A DNA stretch of 64,000 nt from a bacterium (GTDB lineage: Bacteria > RBG-13-61-14 > DATKZS01). The stretch lies in the NCBI GenBank assembly GCA_963674965.2, contig CAXXFL010000002.1, positions 416,001-480,000 of the forward strand, read 5' to 3'. The notes beneath the pieces are model-generated. The model was not told the DNA's origin and did no database searches. It saw only the letters and a program-made list of their open reading frames with translations. Positions 1-10,440 of the stretch are shown one piece after another. The stretch's first letter is position 1. Each line of letters opens with the position of its first letter. Made by a program: the position numbers and the translations under genes.

Positions 1-12
1 GGACCGGGCCGC

Positions 13-864
13 ATGAGCCGGGCCGACAACGTTCTGGTGGGACCGGCGGGATGGTCATATGAGGATTGGAACGGTCCCGTCTACCCCAGGCCGAGGCCCA
101 AGGGGTTCGATCCCCTGTCCTTTTTAGCCGACGCCTTCGACGCCATCGAGATCAATACCACCTTTTATCACCCGGGCTCGAAAAAGAACGCCCTTTCCTG
201 GGCGAGCCGCGTCTCAAACAATCCCAGGTTTCAATTCACCGTGAAAATCTGGAGCAGGCTCACGCACGAAAAAACGGCGTTCACCGGCGAGGACGCCGCG
301 GCCGCCGGGATCGTTCCCCATGCTTTGGCCGAGAAGGGGATCTTGGGCGCGGCGCTGATTCAATTCCCCTGGTCCTTTAAGAACGAGCCCGGGAACGTCG
401 AAAAAATATCTCGCCTGGCCAGGGAATTGAGTGGTCTTCCCCTGGCCGTCGAGGTGAGGCACGGCTCCTGGAACTCTAAAGAGTTTTTCGATTTTTTGCG
501 GGACATGAATATTTCATTCGTCAATCTCGATCAGCCTTTGATCGGGGATTCCATGCCTCCCCTCCAAGTGGCGACGGGAGGGATCGGGTACGTTCGACTC
601 CATGGCAGGAACAAGGAAAACTGGTTTAAAAAGGGGGCCGGACGCGACGACAGGTATCATTACCGATACGGGGAGGATGAATTAAGACCCTGGGTCGAGA
701 GGTCACTCGCGCTGTCCGCTTCCAGCGAGACGGTGTTCGTCATAGCTAACAACCACTACAAGGGACACGCGGTGACTAACGCTCTCGAGATCAAGAGGGC
801 GCTGGGGCAGAAGGCGGAGCTTCCTTTGTTGCCTGGATACGGGCTTCCCCTTTTTCCCGATTGA
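13..864 (+). CDS. DUF72 (YecE-like) domain protein
   Basis: GPAGWSYEDW...YP, EINTTFY, LIQFPWSF, VEVRHGSW, YVRLHGRN, YxYxxxEL and NNHYKG motifs typical of DUF72. Confidence 0.9.
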   Translation: MSRADNVLVGPAGWSYEDWNGPVYPRPRPKGFDPLSFLADAFDAIEINTTFYHPGSKKNALSWASRVSNNPRFQFTVKIWSRLTHEKTAFTGEDAAAAGIVPHALAEKGILGAALIQFPWSFKNEPGNVEKISRLARELSGLPLAVEVRHGSWNSKEFFDFLRDMNISFVNLDQPLIGDSMPPLQVATGGIGYVRLHGRNKENWFKKGAGRDDRYHYRYGEDELRPWVERSLALSASSETVFVIANNHYKGHAVTNALEIKRALGQKAELPLLPGYGLPLFPD

Positions 865-991
865 GTCTCTGGCCGAAGGGGAACGAAAGGGAACCGGCAA
901 ATACTACTTCCCTCATTCGAAGCGCCTTGCCGCGTTCCCTAAAAAAACTGGACGCCCCCCTGGAGCGCCCATTCCCGATTCCAGAGCGCCC

Positions 992-1252
992 CTACTCCTC
1001 CTCTTCTTCCTGTCTCCTGCTCCTGTCGAGAAGGTACTCGTAGCGTTCCTTGAGCATGTCAGCCGGAATCAAACGGATGCGCTTGCAGCGCCTGCATTTG
1101 ATTTCCACGGTGTCCTCGGTGAGCTTGGCCACCAGGTTACCGCATTCGCATCGCTCGTCCACGCGCTCCTTGCCGTCAAGGTACTTCTGACAGCTTTTGC
1201 ACTGGATCGCGTCATCTGATAAATACTCGTCGCAAAAAGGACAACGTTTCAT
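992..1252 (-). CDS. small double zinc-finger protein (zinc ribbon plus Mu Com-like finger), 86 aa
   Basis: GGAGG RBS precedes ATG at 1252; CPFC..CKSC then CECG..EIKCRRCK; acidic tail. Confidence 0.75.
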   Translation of the reverse strand: MKRCPFCDEYLSDDAIQCKSCQKYLDGKERVDERCECGNLVAKLTEDTVEIKCRRCKRIRLIPADMLKERYEYLLDRSRRQEEEEE

Positions 1253-1424
1253 TTGTATACCTCCATGTACTAACGCCCGCTTGATATTTACTATACAATA
1301 TATCCATGATAATTCAAACGATATAATGCGATATGGCCAAACCTGGCATTTGAGGGCCGCCTTGCCGGTTACGGGCGCCATGAATGAAATTGTTTCTATT
1401 TAATTGTGAAAGCCAGGCGGCCCC

Positions 1425-4253
1425 ATGAGTATGGAAGTAAACCATCAAAAAGGGACCATGTCAAGAAAAGACAAAGAAGGAGAAAGCGGGAAAGATATGG
1501 GCCAAAGACCCCAAAAAGTTTCCGCAAAGCATGGCGTAAAATGGGGGGCGCAGGCCGAGACAATGATCGCCTCCGTCGTTTTTTTCGCGATTCTCGCCAT
1601 ATCCGGTCCGTTAGGACCGCCCGCCAACTACGCGGATACGCCTTTGGTCGACCCTGCGGGTATCCTCCAGGTTTACCCGTGGCAGGTTTTTAACGCGGAC
1701 CAGATAGGGAAATCCCATTTCCCGCTGTGGAACCATCTCACCGCCATCGGCGAGCCGCATATGGCCAACATACAGACCGCGTTCCTTTATCCGATTTATT
1801 GGATCTGGCAAGCGGCGGGCGCGGGTAAGACGGGCTACGGCCTGCTGCTTCTTCTCAAGCTCTGGATGGCCTCGATCTTCTGGTTCGTCTTCGCGAGGAG
1901 GACCATGACCTCTTTCGCCGGCGCCGTAATTTGCGGGGCGGCATACGGATGCGGCGGCTACTGCCTGTGGTTCTTGCAGCTTATCGACGTTAACTCCCAG
2001 ATGCTGCTCCCTCTCCTCTTGATATTTTTGCCGAGGACTGTAAAGCGTCCCGATTTCAAAAGCCTCATCGCTTCCGCCTTTTTGGTCTTTCTGGCCCTCG
2101 CGGGGGGACACCCGGAGGCGTCCTTTATAACCGTCCTCGTGGCCGTCCTCTACGCGCTGTTTCTTTTTGCGTCCGAAAAGGAGCGCGGGAGGGCGGGGTC
2201 CGCTCCCTCCCTGGGCAAGGATGGTTTTCTAGCGCGGCTTATACCCATGGCCATGGCCGGCGCGCTCGGTCTTTTGCTGTGTATGGCGGTTCTCTTGCCC
2301 TTTATAAATTATCTTGGCCGGTGCTGGACCATGCACGGTCCGGGATTCGGTTTTTTCCATCTCGACCCCCGGGCCCTTTTCAATTTATTCGTTCCCGGGG
2401 TCCATCGATTATTCGGAGGCATGCCCGCCGAGATTCCCGTCGAGCACGTGGGCAAGACGGCCCTCGAGGCCTTCGCTCTTGCTTACTCGGCTACTTCCGT
2501 TCCCGGCAATCTGCCTCCCGCCGGGCTCGTCGTCGCGGCGCTGGCGGCGGCGGGCGCCGTTTCGGGCTCGGCAAAATCCAGGACGGCCCTTTTTTTCACG
2601 GGGCTTTTCCTGGTTCTGACGGGCCTGACTCTCGGTCTTCCCGGTTTCAATCTGATAGCCTTCATTCCTCCCTTTAACGTGAACTCGAACTTCAAGTTTT
2701 TCTTTTCCGAGATACACGCCTGCCTGGCGGCGCTGGCCGGCGTGGGCTTCGACCGGATTTTTCTCTCGTCCGCTCGCGGGTGGGGACGCTCTTGCCGGGC
2801 GTGGCCGCCCATGGCCGCCGCCATATCTGTTCCCGCTATCGCGCTGGTCTCACTCGCGGTACTCTCCTCGCCTGGCGGCGCGTCTTCCATACCTAGGCTC
2901 GAGCTTATCGCCTACGCCGGACTTGGTCTGCTTGTATTTTCGACCTTGTTATTCCTGGCCGTTATGGCCCCCGGAAAAAGATCGGCGAGGGCCTTATCCT
3001 GCCTTCTCGTTTTGTTCTCGATATATCTCGTGGGCAAGAGCGTGGTCCCCTTCGTCACCTTGGAGCGGCCAGGCAAGGCGGAAAAGTCGGAGCTTGTATC
3101 CCGGCTTCTCGAGAGCGGGGAAAAAAGACAAACGGGACTTGACGGCTACTGGCCGGCCAACCTGCCGGCGGCCGAGTCCATCAAGGACGTGAGGTCGTCG
3201 GACGCCCTTTTTTACAAGCCCTACGCCGACCTGATCAACGAGATAAACGGGCTGAGCCCCGAGGAAGGACTGGGATATTTCTATCCCTCCTACTTCACCC
3301 GTCCGTCGCCGGACAGGATATCCGCGCCGGCGGCGAAAAAACTCTGCCTTGACCGAATATTCTCCGGCCACGCCTGGATACCCAACGGCGTGGTGGACCT
3401 CGCGCTGGCCAGGGGAGACATGATCGCGCCCGCGGCCAAACCGGCGCGATCTGTTTTCGACTATGGAAGCGGATTCCCCCGCGAGGCGCCCGGACTTTTT
3501 CTTCACGCGCCAGGTTCGATCTGCTTCACCCTTAATCAAGCGCATGATCGAGGCGATGAAGGGGGCGAGCTGTATTTCCGTCCCGGCTTTTTACAAAGCG
3601 GGAACGGCCCGGGAGCGCGGGGAGACGGAACTATCTTCATAGCGGTCCTTGCCGATGAGGGCGGGAAGAGACTTGGATACGCCCGCATGATTTGCCCGGA
3701 AGGATCGTCCTTTCCTCCCGTCAAAATCGAGTCCCCGGGAAGCTCGATGGTCAAGCTTTCCACCTTGCCCGGAGTGAAAAACGACAATCGAAGCGACTGG
3801 TCCGGGTTCTCCGAATTGTCGTGGCATCCCGGCGGCTACTCTCCTCCACCCGGTCCCGTTTGGTCCGCCGGCGCTGACGGGCCTTTCCTTTACAAGGTCG
3901 ATCACCCGCCATGGGCCCATTTGGAAAACGACCTTGCCCCGTTGCCCGCGGCGCGAGAGGCCGGAGACCTGGTCCGAATCCACGCGGGAAAAGGCGAGGG
4001 CGGGACCGTCGTTATACATGAAGCCTGGTACCCGGGATGGACCGCCGAGGCAAAGGGAGGGTCTTTATATATCGAGGCCGCCCCGGATAAGACGTCCATG
4101 AAAGTCAGGTTGCCGGAGGGGAGCGAAAACCTGACCCTGCGCTTCGTTCCGGCGGATTTCCGGGTGGGCCTGTTTGTATCGCTGGTCACCGTTCTGGTAT
4201 CCTTTTCCCTGCTAATTTTTATAAAGAGCGTGAAAAAGAAAGATGACCCATAA
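1425..4253 (+). CDS. YfhO-family (GT-C-like) polytopic membrane protein
   Basis: FPLWNHLTAIGEPHMANIQTAFLYP, GGHPE, many TM helices, C-terminal EAWYPGWTA...LRFVP...G..VSL; exact start uncertain. Confidence 0.8.
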   Translation: MSMEVNHQKGTMSRKDKEGESGKDMGQRPQKVSAKHGVKWGAQAETMIASVVFFAILAISGPLGPPANYADTPLVDPAGILQVYPWQVFNADQIGKSHFPLWNHLTAIGEPHMANIQTAFLYPIYWIWQAAGAGKTGYGLLLLLKLWMASIFWFVFARRTMTSFAGAVICGAAYGCGGYCLWFLQLIDVNSQMLLPLLLIFLPRTVKRPDFKSLIASAFLVFLALAGGHPEASFITVLVAVLYALFLFASEKERGRAGSAPSLGKDGFLARLIPMAMAGALGLLLCMAVLLPFINYLGRCWTMHGPGFGFFHLDPRALFNLFVPGVHRLFGGMPAEIPVEHVGKTALEAFALAYSATSVPGNLPPAGLVVAALAAAGAVSGSAKSRTALFFTGLFLVLTGLTLGLPGFNLIAFIPPFNVNSNFKFFFSEIHACLAALAGVGFDRIFLSSARGWGRSCRAWPPMAAAISVPAIALVSLAVLSSPGGASSIPRLELIAYAGLGLLVFSTLLFLAVMAPGKRSARALSCLLVLFSIYLVGKSVVPFVTLERPGKAEKSELVSRLLESGEKRQTGLDGYWPANLPAAESIKDVRSSDALFYKPYADLINEINGLSPEEGLGYFYPSYFTRPSPDRISAPAAKKLCLDRIFSGHAWIPNGVVDLALARGDMIAPAAKPARSVFDYGSGFPREAPGLFLHAPGSICFTLNQAHDRGDEGGELYFRPGFLQSGNGPGARGDGTIFIAVLADEGGKRLGYARMICPEGSSFPPVKIESPGSSMVKLSTLPGVKNDNRSDWSGFSELSWHPGGYSPPPGPVWSAGADGPFLYKVDHPPWAHLENDLAPLPAAREAGDLVRIHAGKGEGGTVVIHEAWYPGWTAEAKGGSLYIEAAPDKTSMKVRLPEGSENLTLRFVPADFRVGLFVSLVTVLVSFSLLIFIKSVKKKDDP

Positions 4254-7170
4254 AAGCGATAAGCGCGAAAACGCCCAAAGCGTACCGGTGGAAAAACGGA
4301 TCATATCGGCCCAACCCGACCTCGCTCTGCCCGTTTCTTTTCGAGAGTCCGTCCTGGCGGCGATACTCGTGGCCGGAGCGCTGGCCCTGGCCTACGGGCC
4401 CGACAAGGCCTCGGGGCATTCCATCTACGGCGGCGTTATCCAGGACGTGACCAATATTTACGGGTTCGCCTGCTGGGACGATTTCTCCCGCTCCGAGTTG
4501 CTGGCGGGCCGCTTTCCTCTTTGGAACCCCCATGGCGCCTTTGGCGTCCCCCATCTGGCCAACATGCAGTCATCCATATTCTTTCCGCTGAACCTGGTCA
4601 AATGGGCTTTCGGGTTCTGGACCTGCATCGACGCGCTGATCATGGCCCGCCTTTGGCTGGCGGGTTTTTTTACTTTCCTTCTGGCCAGGAAATCACTGGG
4701 CGTGGGATTCTGGCCCGCCATGGCCTCGGCCGTCGCCTTCGCGCTCACGGGATACATGACGCGCTACGTTTATATGTCTCACTTGAACGTGGAGACCCTG
4801 ATTCCGCTTCAGGCTTTCCTGATGGTCCTTTTGGCCCAAAGGGCTTCCATTGTCCGTTTCCTGGCGGCCGGCCTCGGGTTTGCCCTCCTCGTTTTGGGAG
4901 GTTTTCCCGAGGCGTCCCTTTACGCCGTTCTTTTCGCGCTTGCCTGGTATTTCCTCGCCGCCGGCCTGACGCCGCGAGCGGCCTTCACCGCCGCCGGGTG
5001 CGCGGCGCTGGGACTGATAATATCTCTTCCTCAAACTTTGCCTTTCGCCGAGTACCTGGCCAACGCCTGGACCTATCACGGGCCGGGCTCGGGCGCTCGC
5101 AGCCTGGACCCTAAATTTTTGATCACGCTCGTCATGCCCTGGTTCTTCGGGGAGAACGGCCAGAGCCCGGCCGGGTCCTTCCTGGCGCCATATCTTGGAG
5201 TCATGCCGGTGTTCCTGGCCCTCGCGGGAATAGGCGTGGCTCGAAAACGCGGCGCCTTCGGGGCGGGACTTATTGTCCTGACGATCATTCTGGCGGGCGT
5301 CGTTTTCGGCGTCGCCCCCTTTCGCTGGATCGGAAATATCTATCCCTTCAGCGTCACCTATAACGAAAAGTACGCCCTTGCCTGCCTCGCGCTTTCGGTT
5401 TCCCTCCTGGCGGCCTTGGGCGCTGAAAACCTCTTGAGCGGCAAGTCCTGGAAAGCTCCGGCCCTCGCGGGAGGAGGAATGATCGCCTTCATCGGTCTCA
5501 ACATTATCGCCGGTCTTCCGAGCGTTAACTGGTTCAGTCCGGTTTGGGCCTTTGGTCTTTTAAAGCCGTGGACCATATTGACGTCGGTCTTCCTGCTGCT
5601 CTCGGCGTTGTTTCTGTCGAGACCAAGCGTAAAAAGGACCATCTCGGGCCGGGCCATGGGCGCTTCCCTCTTCGTCCTCCTTTTGCTTGGACTTCTCTTT
5701 GACGCGAGGGGGAACAACCCCAACTGGAACGACGACCTCGAGTCCAGGGTCGGCGCTCTAAGGAACAGGCTTCCGGCCTCGGAGGGCAGATACCGGGTCC
5801 ACGTGGACCCTACGATAAAGGACCTGTTTCCGAACCTGACTCTTCCGGCGGGCGTGGACGACGTCCGCTATTACGACCCCCTTTACCCGCGAAGCTACGT
5901 GGACTACATGGCCGGGATTAACGGACTCGAGGGCGAACAGATATTGGAAAGCTATAACGAGAACATGCTTTTCACCATCGGCCGCGACCATCTGACCGTT
6001 CCTCTCGCCGAAGTGGCCAACGTTTCTTTGCTGGTGTTGCCGACGCCGTGGGACGAGCGCCTGGTGGACCGGGATTTGTTAATGAACGCCGTCACCATAA
6101 GTTCCAGAAAAGAGTCCTGGCTGAGGCTGGAGGAAACCTCTTGTTTCGGCGAGAAAAAAAGGTCGCTGATCGAGCACGCCCCCGTAAGGATAGAGGGCAT
6201 GGTCGAGGCGCGGATGAAGGAGTCCAGTAGCGGTGACGCCGCGCCGTCCGCGTCTCGCGAGGAAGTGGAAATCAAATTCGAGGTTGGCATGCCGGACGAC
6301 CAGACGCTGGCCGGTGGAGCGCCGGGAGATGGCGCGTTCATGACGGCTTTCAAGTCCGGCAAGGACGGTGAGATTATCCTTTTCTCCCGTTATATCGATC
6401 CCAAGAACAACTTCTCGGACCTGGGCTGGAAGCCTTACGAGGCTCGCGCGTGCACGCTGAGGCCAGGCGTCTCGTCTCCCGCGATGGAGTGGAAGCTCGC
6501 GTTGACGTTGCTTCCCGGCCCGAGGGGAGACTTAACTCGCGACGCGGCGGCCTGGGCGGACCTGAGGCTGAAGAGTCCCACCGACATGGGGGTGGTGAAA
6601 AGAATAGGCGAGGGCGGTCCTCCCTTCGTCTATGCCAACGAGAACTCCATGAAGAGGGCCGCGGTATTTACCGGGCTGGCGAGGGTACCAAAAGGACAAA
6701 CCGTGATCGAGGCCATGCGGGAGACGGGAGCCAATCTGCCCGTCATGCTGAGGAAAATGGCCTATATAAACGAGGTCCCGCCGCAAAGGGGCAAGCTTAA
6801 AGATACCAAGCCCGCGGACGAGGACCTGGAAACGCGGGAGCGCCTTCCCGGCCGCGTCGAGTACAAGGTCGGTTCACGCTCGTCCGGCTACCTTTTCCTT
6901 TCGGACCAGTATTTCCCGGGATGGCGGGCTTTTCGGCAAAGCGCGGACGAGCGCGTGGAGGAAAAAATCCTGAACGTCAACGGCGCGTTTATGGCCGTGT
7001 TCTTGCCTCCGGGCGAATCGGTTATCACCCTGGTTTACGCGCCCTGGGGATTCAGGGCGGGCTTATGGGCGGGCCTTTCAAGTTTGCTTTTTGGGCTTGT
7101 GCCGGTTCTTTATTCATCGGGCGGGAAAATTCGAGGTCCGGGGCGAACGCCGGGCAAGTCTGGAGAATAG
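4243..7170 (+). CDS. YfhO-family (GT-C-like) polytopic membrane protein, paralog of upstream gene
   Basis: FPLWNPHGAFGVPHLANMQSSIFFP, GGFPE, DVRYYDPL, SDQYFPGWRA...LVYAP; overlaps upstream stop. Confidence 0.82.
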   Translation: MTHKSDKRENAQSVPVEKRIISAQPDLALPVSFRESVLAAILVAGALALAYGPDKASGHSIYGGVIQDVTNIYGFACWDDFSRSELLAGRFPLWNPHGAFGVPHLANMQSSIFFPLNLVKWAFGFWTCIDALIMARLWLAGFFTFLLARKSLGVGFWPAMASAVAFALTGYMTRYVYMSHLNVETLIPLQAFLMVLLAQRASIVRFLAAGLGFALLVLGGFPEASLYAVLFALAWYFLAAGLTPRAAFTAAGCAALGLIISLPQTLPFAEYLANAWTYHGPGSGARSLDPKFLITLVMPWFFGENGQSPAGSFLAPYLGVMPVFLALAGIGVARKRGAFGAGLIVLTIILAGVVFGVAPFRWIGNIYPFSVTYNEKYALACLALSVSLLAALGAENLLSGKSWKAPALAGGGMIAFIGLNIIAGLPSVNWFSPVWAFGLLKPWTILTSVFLLLSALFLSRPSVKRTISGRAMGASLFVLLLLGLLFDARGNNPNWNDDLESRVGALRNRLPASEGRYRVHVDPTIKDLFPNLTLPAGVDDVRYYDPLYPRSYVDYMAGINGLEGEQILESYNENMLFTIGRDHLTVPLAEVANVSLLVLPTPWDERLVDRDLLMNAVTISSRKESWLRLEETSCFGEKKRSLIEHAPVRIEGMVEARMKESSSGDAAPSASREEVEIKFEVGMPDDQTLAGGAPGDGAFMTAFKSGKDGEIILFSRYIDPKNNFSDLGWKPYEARACTLRPGVSSPAMEWKLALTLLPGPRGDLTRDAAAWADLRLKSPTDMGVVKRIGEGGPPFVYANENSMKRAAVFTGLARVPKGQTVIEAMRETGANLPVMLRKMAYINEVPPQRGKLKDTKPADEDLETRERLPGRVEYKVGSRSSGYLFLSDQYFPGWRAFRQSADERVEEKILNVNGAFMAVFLPPGESVITLVYAPWGFRAGLWAGLSSLLFGLVPVLYSSGGKIRGPGRTPGKSGE

Positions 7171-7350
7171 ACGCCGGTTATCCAATGAGGGCCTTTCATT
7201 TTCCAGGCGAGCGGCATGACCCTTATTTGGAGGCGGTTTTAGACGATCCGGCTCATGCATTCCTTGACACCTTACGGCTTATCATCTAACTTATGCCTTA
7301 AGAACGCGAAAGGGAGAGGGCGGCCGAAATTGACCGCCCGCGTTGGTTTA

Positions 7351-8667
7351 ATGTCGGGAAAAGTTTACATACGGACCTTCGGCTGCCAGATGAACGTCAA
7401 GGACACGGAGCGCATGATGGGCCTCCTGGCCGAGCGAGGATACGCCCCATGCGACGACCCGGGCGAGGCTGACGTCCTGCTGGTCAACACCTGCTCGGTG
7501 CGCGAAAAGCCGGAACAAAAGGTCTTCGGGGCGCTCGGGCGGCTGAAGTCAGCCAAGGACGCGAACCCCCGCGCCGTGATCGGCGTATGCGGGTGCGTGG
7601 CCCAGCGGATGGGCCAGGAGCTTTTGGACGCCGTAAACCATCTCGACCTGGTAGTGGGAACTCAGGCCATTCACCGCCTGCCCGAACTGGTGGAAAGGGC
7701 CAGGGAAGGGGAACGAATAGCCGCCGTTGACTGGCTCGAGGTGGGCGACCAGGACCTGTTCGCGACGCCCCGGGAGCCGGCCGGAGGGATAAGCGCCTTT
7801 GTGTCGATCATGCAGGGCTGCGACAATCATTGCGCCTATTGCATCGTCCCCAGCGTGAGGGGTCCGCAAGTAAGCAGGAAAATGGACGCCGTGATCGGTG
7901 AAACATCGGCGCTTGCGGAAAAGGGCGTCCGCGAGATAACCCTATTGGGACAGAACGTTAACGCCTACGTTGACGGATCGACGCGTTTTCCCGATATCCT
8001 GGACATGGTCTCCCGCGTGGACGGCGTGGCCAGGGTCAGGTTCACCACCTCCCATCCCAAGGACCTGGACGACCGCCTCATCGAGGTCATGGCGGAGAAC
8101 GATCGGATCATGGAGAACTTCCACCTGCCCGTTCAGGCCGGTTCCGACGCGGTGCTGGCCCGCATGAACCGGGGATACGATTCCGCCCGGTATCTGGGGC
8201 TGATCCGAAAGCTGCGCGAGGCCATGCCGGATATCGGAATTACGACCGACCTTATAGTGGGCTTTCCCGGCGAGACCCAGATGGATTTTCAGGCTACCCT
8301 GGACCTGGTAAGTGAGGTCCGGTACGACGAGACCTTCAGCTTCCGCTACTCGATAAGGCCCGGGACCCAGGCGGCCCTATTTGACGGACAGGTCCCGGAG
8401 GACGAAAAATACGACCGTCTCTACAGGCTACAGGAACTCCAGCGCCGGATTACTGAAAACAAGAACCTGGAGCAAGTGGGCAAGACCCACGAGGTGCTGG
8501 TGACGGGAACAAGCAAGACCGATCCCACCAGGATGAGCGGCAGGAGCAGGACCAACCGGCTGGTGCATTTCTCCAGGAATGGCCATAAGCCGGGAGACTT
8601 GGTAAAATTGAAGATAACTCGGGCCCTGAAGCATTCTCTCGCGGCGCAAGAGGACGGGCCGCGTTAA
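7351..8667 (+). CDS. miaB: tRNA-2-methylthio-N6-dimethylallyladenosine synthase MiaB
   Basis: TFGCQMN, NTCSVREKPEQK, GCVAQ, radical SAM GCDNHCAYC, LLGQNVNAY, RFTTSHP, C-terminal TRAM; start moved to ATG 7351. Confidence 0.95.
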   Translation: MSGKVYIRTFGCQMNVKDTERMMGLLAERGYAPCDDPGEADVLLVNTCSVREKPEQKVFGALGRLKSAKDANPRAVIGVCGCVAQRMGQELLDAVNHLDLVVGTQAIHRLPELVERAREGERIAAVDWLEVGDQDLFATPREPAGGISAFVSIMQGCDNHCAYCIVPSVRGPQVSRKMDAVIGETSALAEKGVREITLLGQNVNAYVDGSTRFPDILDMVSRVDGVARVRFTTSHPKDLDDRLIEVMAENDRIMENFHLPVQAGSDAVLARMNRGYDSARYLGLIRKLREAMPDIGITTDLIVGFPGETQMDFQATLDLVSEVRYDETFSFRYSIRPGTQAALFDGQVPEDEKYDRLYRLQELQRRITENKNLEQVGKTHEVLVTGTSKTDPTRMSGRSRTNRLVHFSRNGHKPGDLVKLKITRALKHSLAAQEDGPR

Positions 8668-8690
8668 AATGGCGTCCCCAAGGAGGAGAC

Positions 8691-9185
8691 ATGTTTATAG
8701 AAATGAAAGTCGCCGGAATCGTTCTTGATCCTTACTCGAACGTGCCCATCGTGGTTCTCCGCGACCAGGAGGAAAAAATTACCGTGCCCATCTGGATTGG
8801 GCTGGTCGAGGCCAGCGCCATCGCCATGGAACTGGAGAACATCAAGATACAAAGGCCACTGACCCACGACCTTATAAAGAACATCCTTCACGACCTCCAG
8901 GTCAACGTCCTCAAAATCGAGGTCACCGACCTCAAGGAAAACACCTATTTCGCCCTGATCCACCTCCAAAAAGGAGAGCAGGTCGTGCAGGTCGATTCGC
9001 GCCCATCCGACGCCATTGCCGTGGCCCTTCGCACCGAGTCGCCCATCTTCGTTTCCGAGGAGGTAATCGAGAAGTCCAAGAACATGGAAACCCAGGACAC
9101 GGCCTTTACCCAGGAGAACCGCGACAAGTGGACGGAGATACTCGAGAACTTAAATCCCGAGGACTTCGGAAAGTATAAAATGTAA
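8691..9185 (+). CDS. bifunctional nuclease family (DUF151) protein
   Basis: PIWIG..EA.AI, RPLTHDL, DSRPSDAIAVALR; AGGAGG RBS. Confidence 0.92.
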   Translation: MFIEMKVAGIVLDPYSNVPIVVLRDQEEKITVPIWIGLVEASAIAMELENIKIQRPLTHDLIKNILHDLQVNVLKIEVTDLKENTYFALIHLQKGEQVVQVDSRPSDAIAVALRTESPIFVSEEVIEKSKNMETQDTAFTQENRDKWTEILENLNPEDFGKYKM

Positions 9186-9186
9186 C

Positions 9187-9657
9187 ATGGAGATTTCCAG
9201 GTCCCATCCCCCAGGCGGCGGACCGGCAAGTAGGACCAGGGCGATAACGGCGCTCATTTTGTGGGCGCTGTTGGTTTTGGCGCTGTCCGTCATCATGATT
9301 CCCCAGGTCGGTCCCAAACCTTTCAAAGCCTCGGATAAGCTCGCGCACGCGGCTTTTTACGCGCCGCTGGGCGCGCTCTGGGTATGGGCTTTCGGAGGGG
9401 GACGGCGTAAAAAACTTCTCGTCCTTGCCGGCGCGGCCTTCGCGCTCACCTTCGGGGTCGCGCTCGAGTTCGTTCAGGCCGTCTTGCCCTGGAGGTCCTT
9501 CGAGCTTTGGGACATGGCGGCCGACCTCGCCGGAGGCTCGGCTGGCGCGGTCCTGGCCGCGTTCGCGCCCGGGTTTGGACATTGGACGCCTCTACCCGGC
9601 AAACGCCGAAAAGGCGAAGAGCGCCGCGGAGAGGGCCCAAGCGAAGTGTCCGATTGA
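9187..9657 (+). CDS. VanZ-family membrane protein
   Basis: DKLAHAAFYA, EFVQ..LPWR, DMAADLAG. Confidence 0.85.
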   Translation: MEISRSHPPGGGPASRTRAITALILWALLVLALSVIMIPQVGPKPFKASDKLAHAAFYAPLGALWVWAFGGGRRKKLLVLAGAAFALTFGVALEFVQAVLPWRSFELWDMAADLAGGSAGAVLAAFAPGFGHWTPLPGKRRKGEERRGEGPSEVSD

Positions 9658-9866
9658 ACGCCTCCCAACCTGAAAGAGACAAGTTTCTGAAACCCTCCCG
9701 CCGGCCCCGCATCAAAAGTATAAGACAAATAGTAAAGAGGAATTCGCGACGGCCCATATGGGCCCACAAGGAGTTTCGAGCGAGGAGTGATGTTGATCTT
9801 TTCCCGTCCAGCGGCTAGCTTAATTAGTGCTTCAGTAATTCTTACTTCAGCGAGGAGGGAGAAAAG

Positions 9867-10301
9867 ATGAGCGTCAGATGGGACCCGTTTAGAGACCTCG
9901 TCACTCTTCAGGAGCACATGAACAGGCTTTTCGACGACTCGGTCGCCGAGCATCGTCACCCCGACGGCATGGCCGGATGGCATCCACCCGCCGACGTGAG
10001 CGAGTCTCAGGACGAGTTCCAGATTTTTCTCGAGGTGGCGGGCATGGAGCCGGACGGGTTCGACGTCAGGGTCGAGAAAAACCGGATGTCCATTCGGGGA
10101 GAGCGGAGAAGACGTCCCCATTCCGGGCAGGCCTTTCGGCAGACCGAGATCATGGTCGGGCCCTTCCACCGCGTTTTTATTCTGCCGGCGGACGTGGACC
10201 CGGAAGGAATTAACGCCAACTATAGAAACGGCATCCTCGAGGTGGTCATCCCCAAGGTAAAGGGCCTGGGCGCCAGGAGCGTCGAGATCAAGACAAAATA
10301 A
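9867..10301 (+). CDS. Hsp20/alpha-crystallin small heat-shock protein
   Basis: RWDPFRDL...MNRLFD, W.PPADV.E, GPFHRVFILP, ANYRNGILEVVIPK. Confidence 0.93.
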   Translation: MSVRWDPFRDLVTLQEHMNRLFDDSVAEHRHPDGMAGWHPPADVSESQDEFQIFLEVAGMEPDGFDVRVEKNRMSIRGERRRRPHSGQAFRQTEIMVGPFHRVFILPADVDPEGINANYRNGILEVVIPKVKGLGARSVEIKTK

Positions 10302-10440
10302 TATAACGCGCGCGCGAAAGGAGGGGCCGGTTGCATGACCGGCGCGGAATATATGAAAGCGGCGTCTAGATTATTAGTGGCATATTTCATTACGTTCTTT
10401 GACGGCCTCGTCTCGGGCCGGGCTGGGAGGATTTGAAGTT

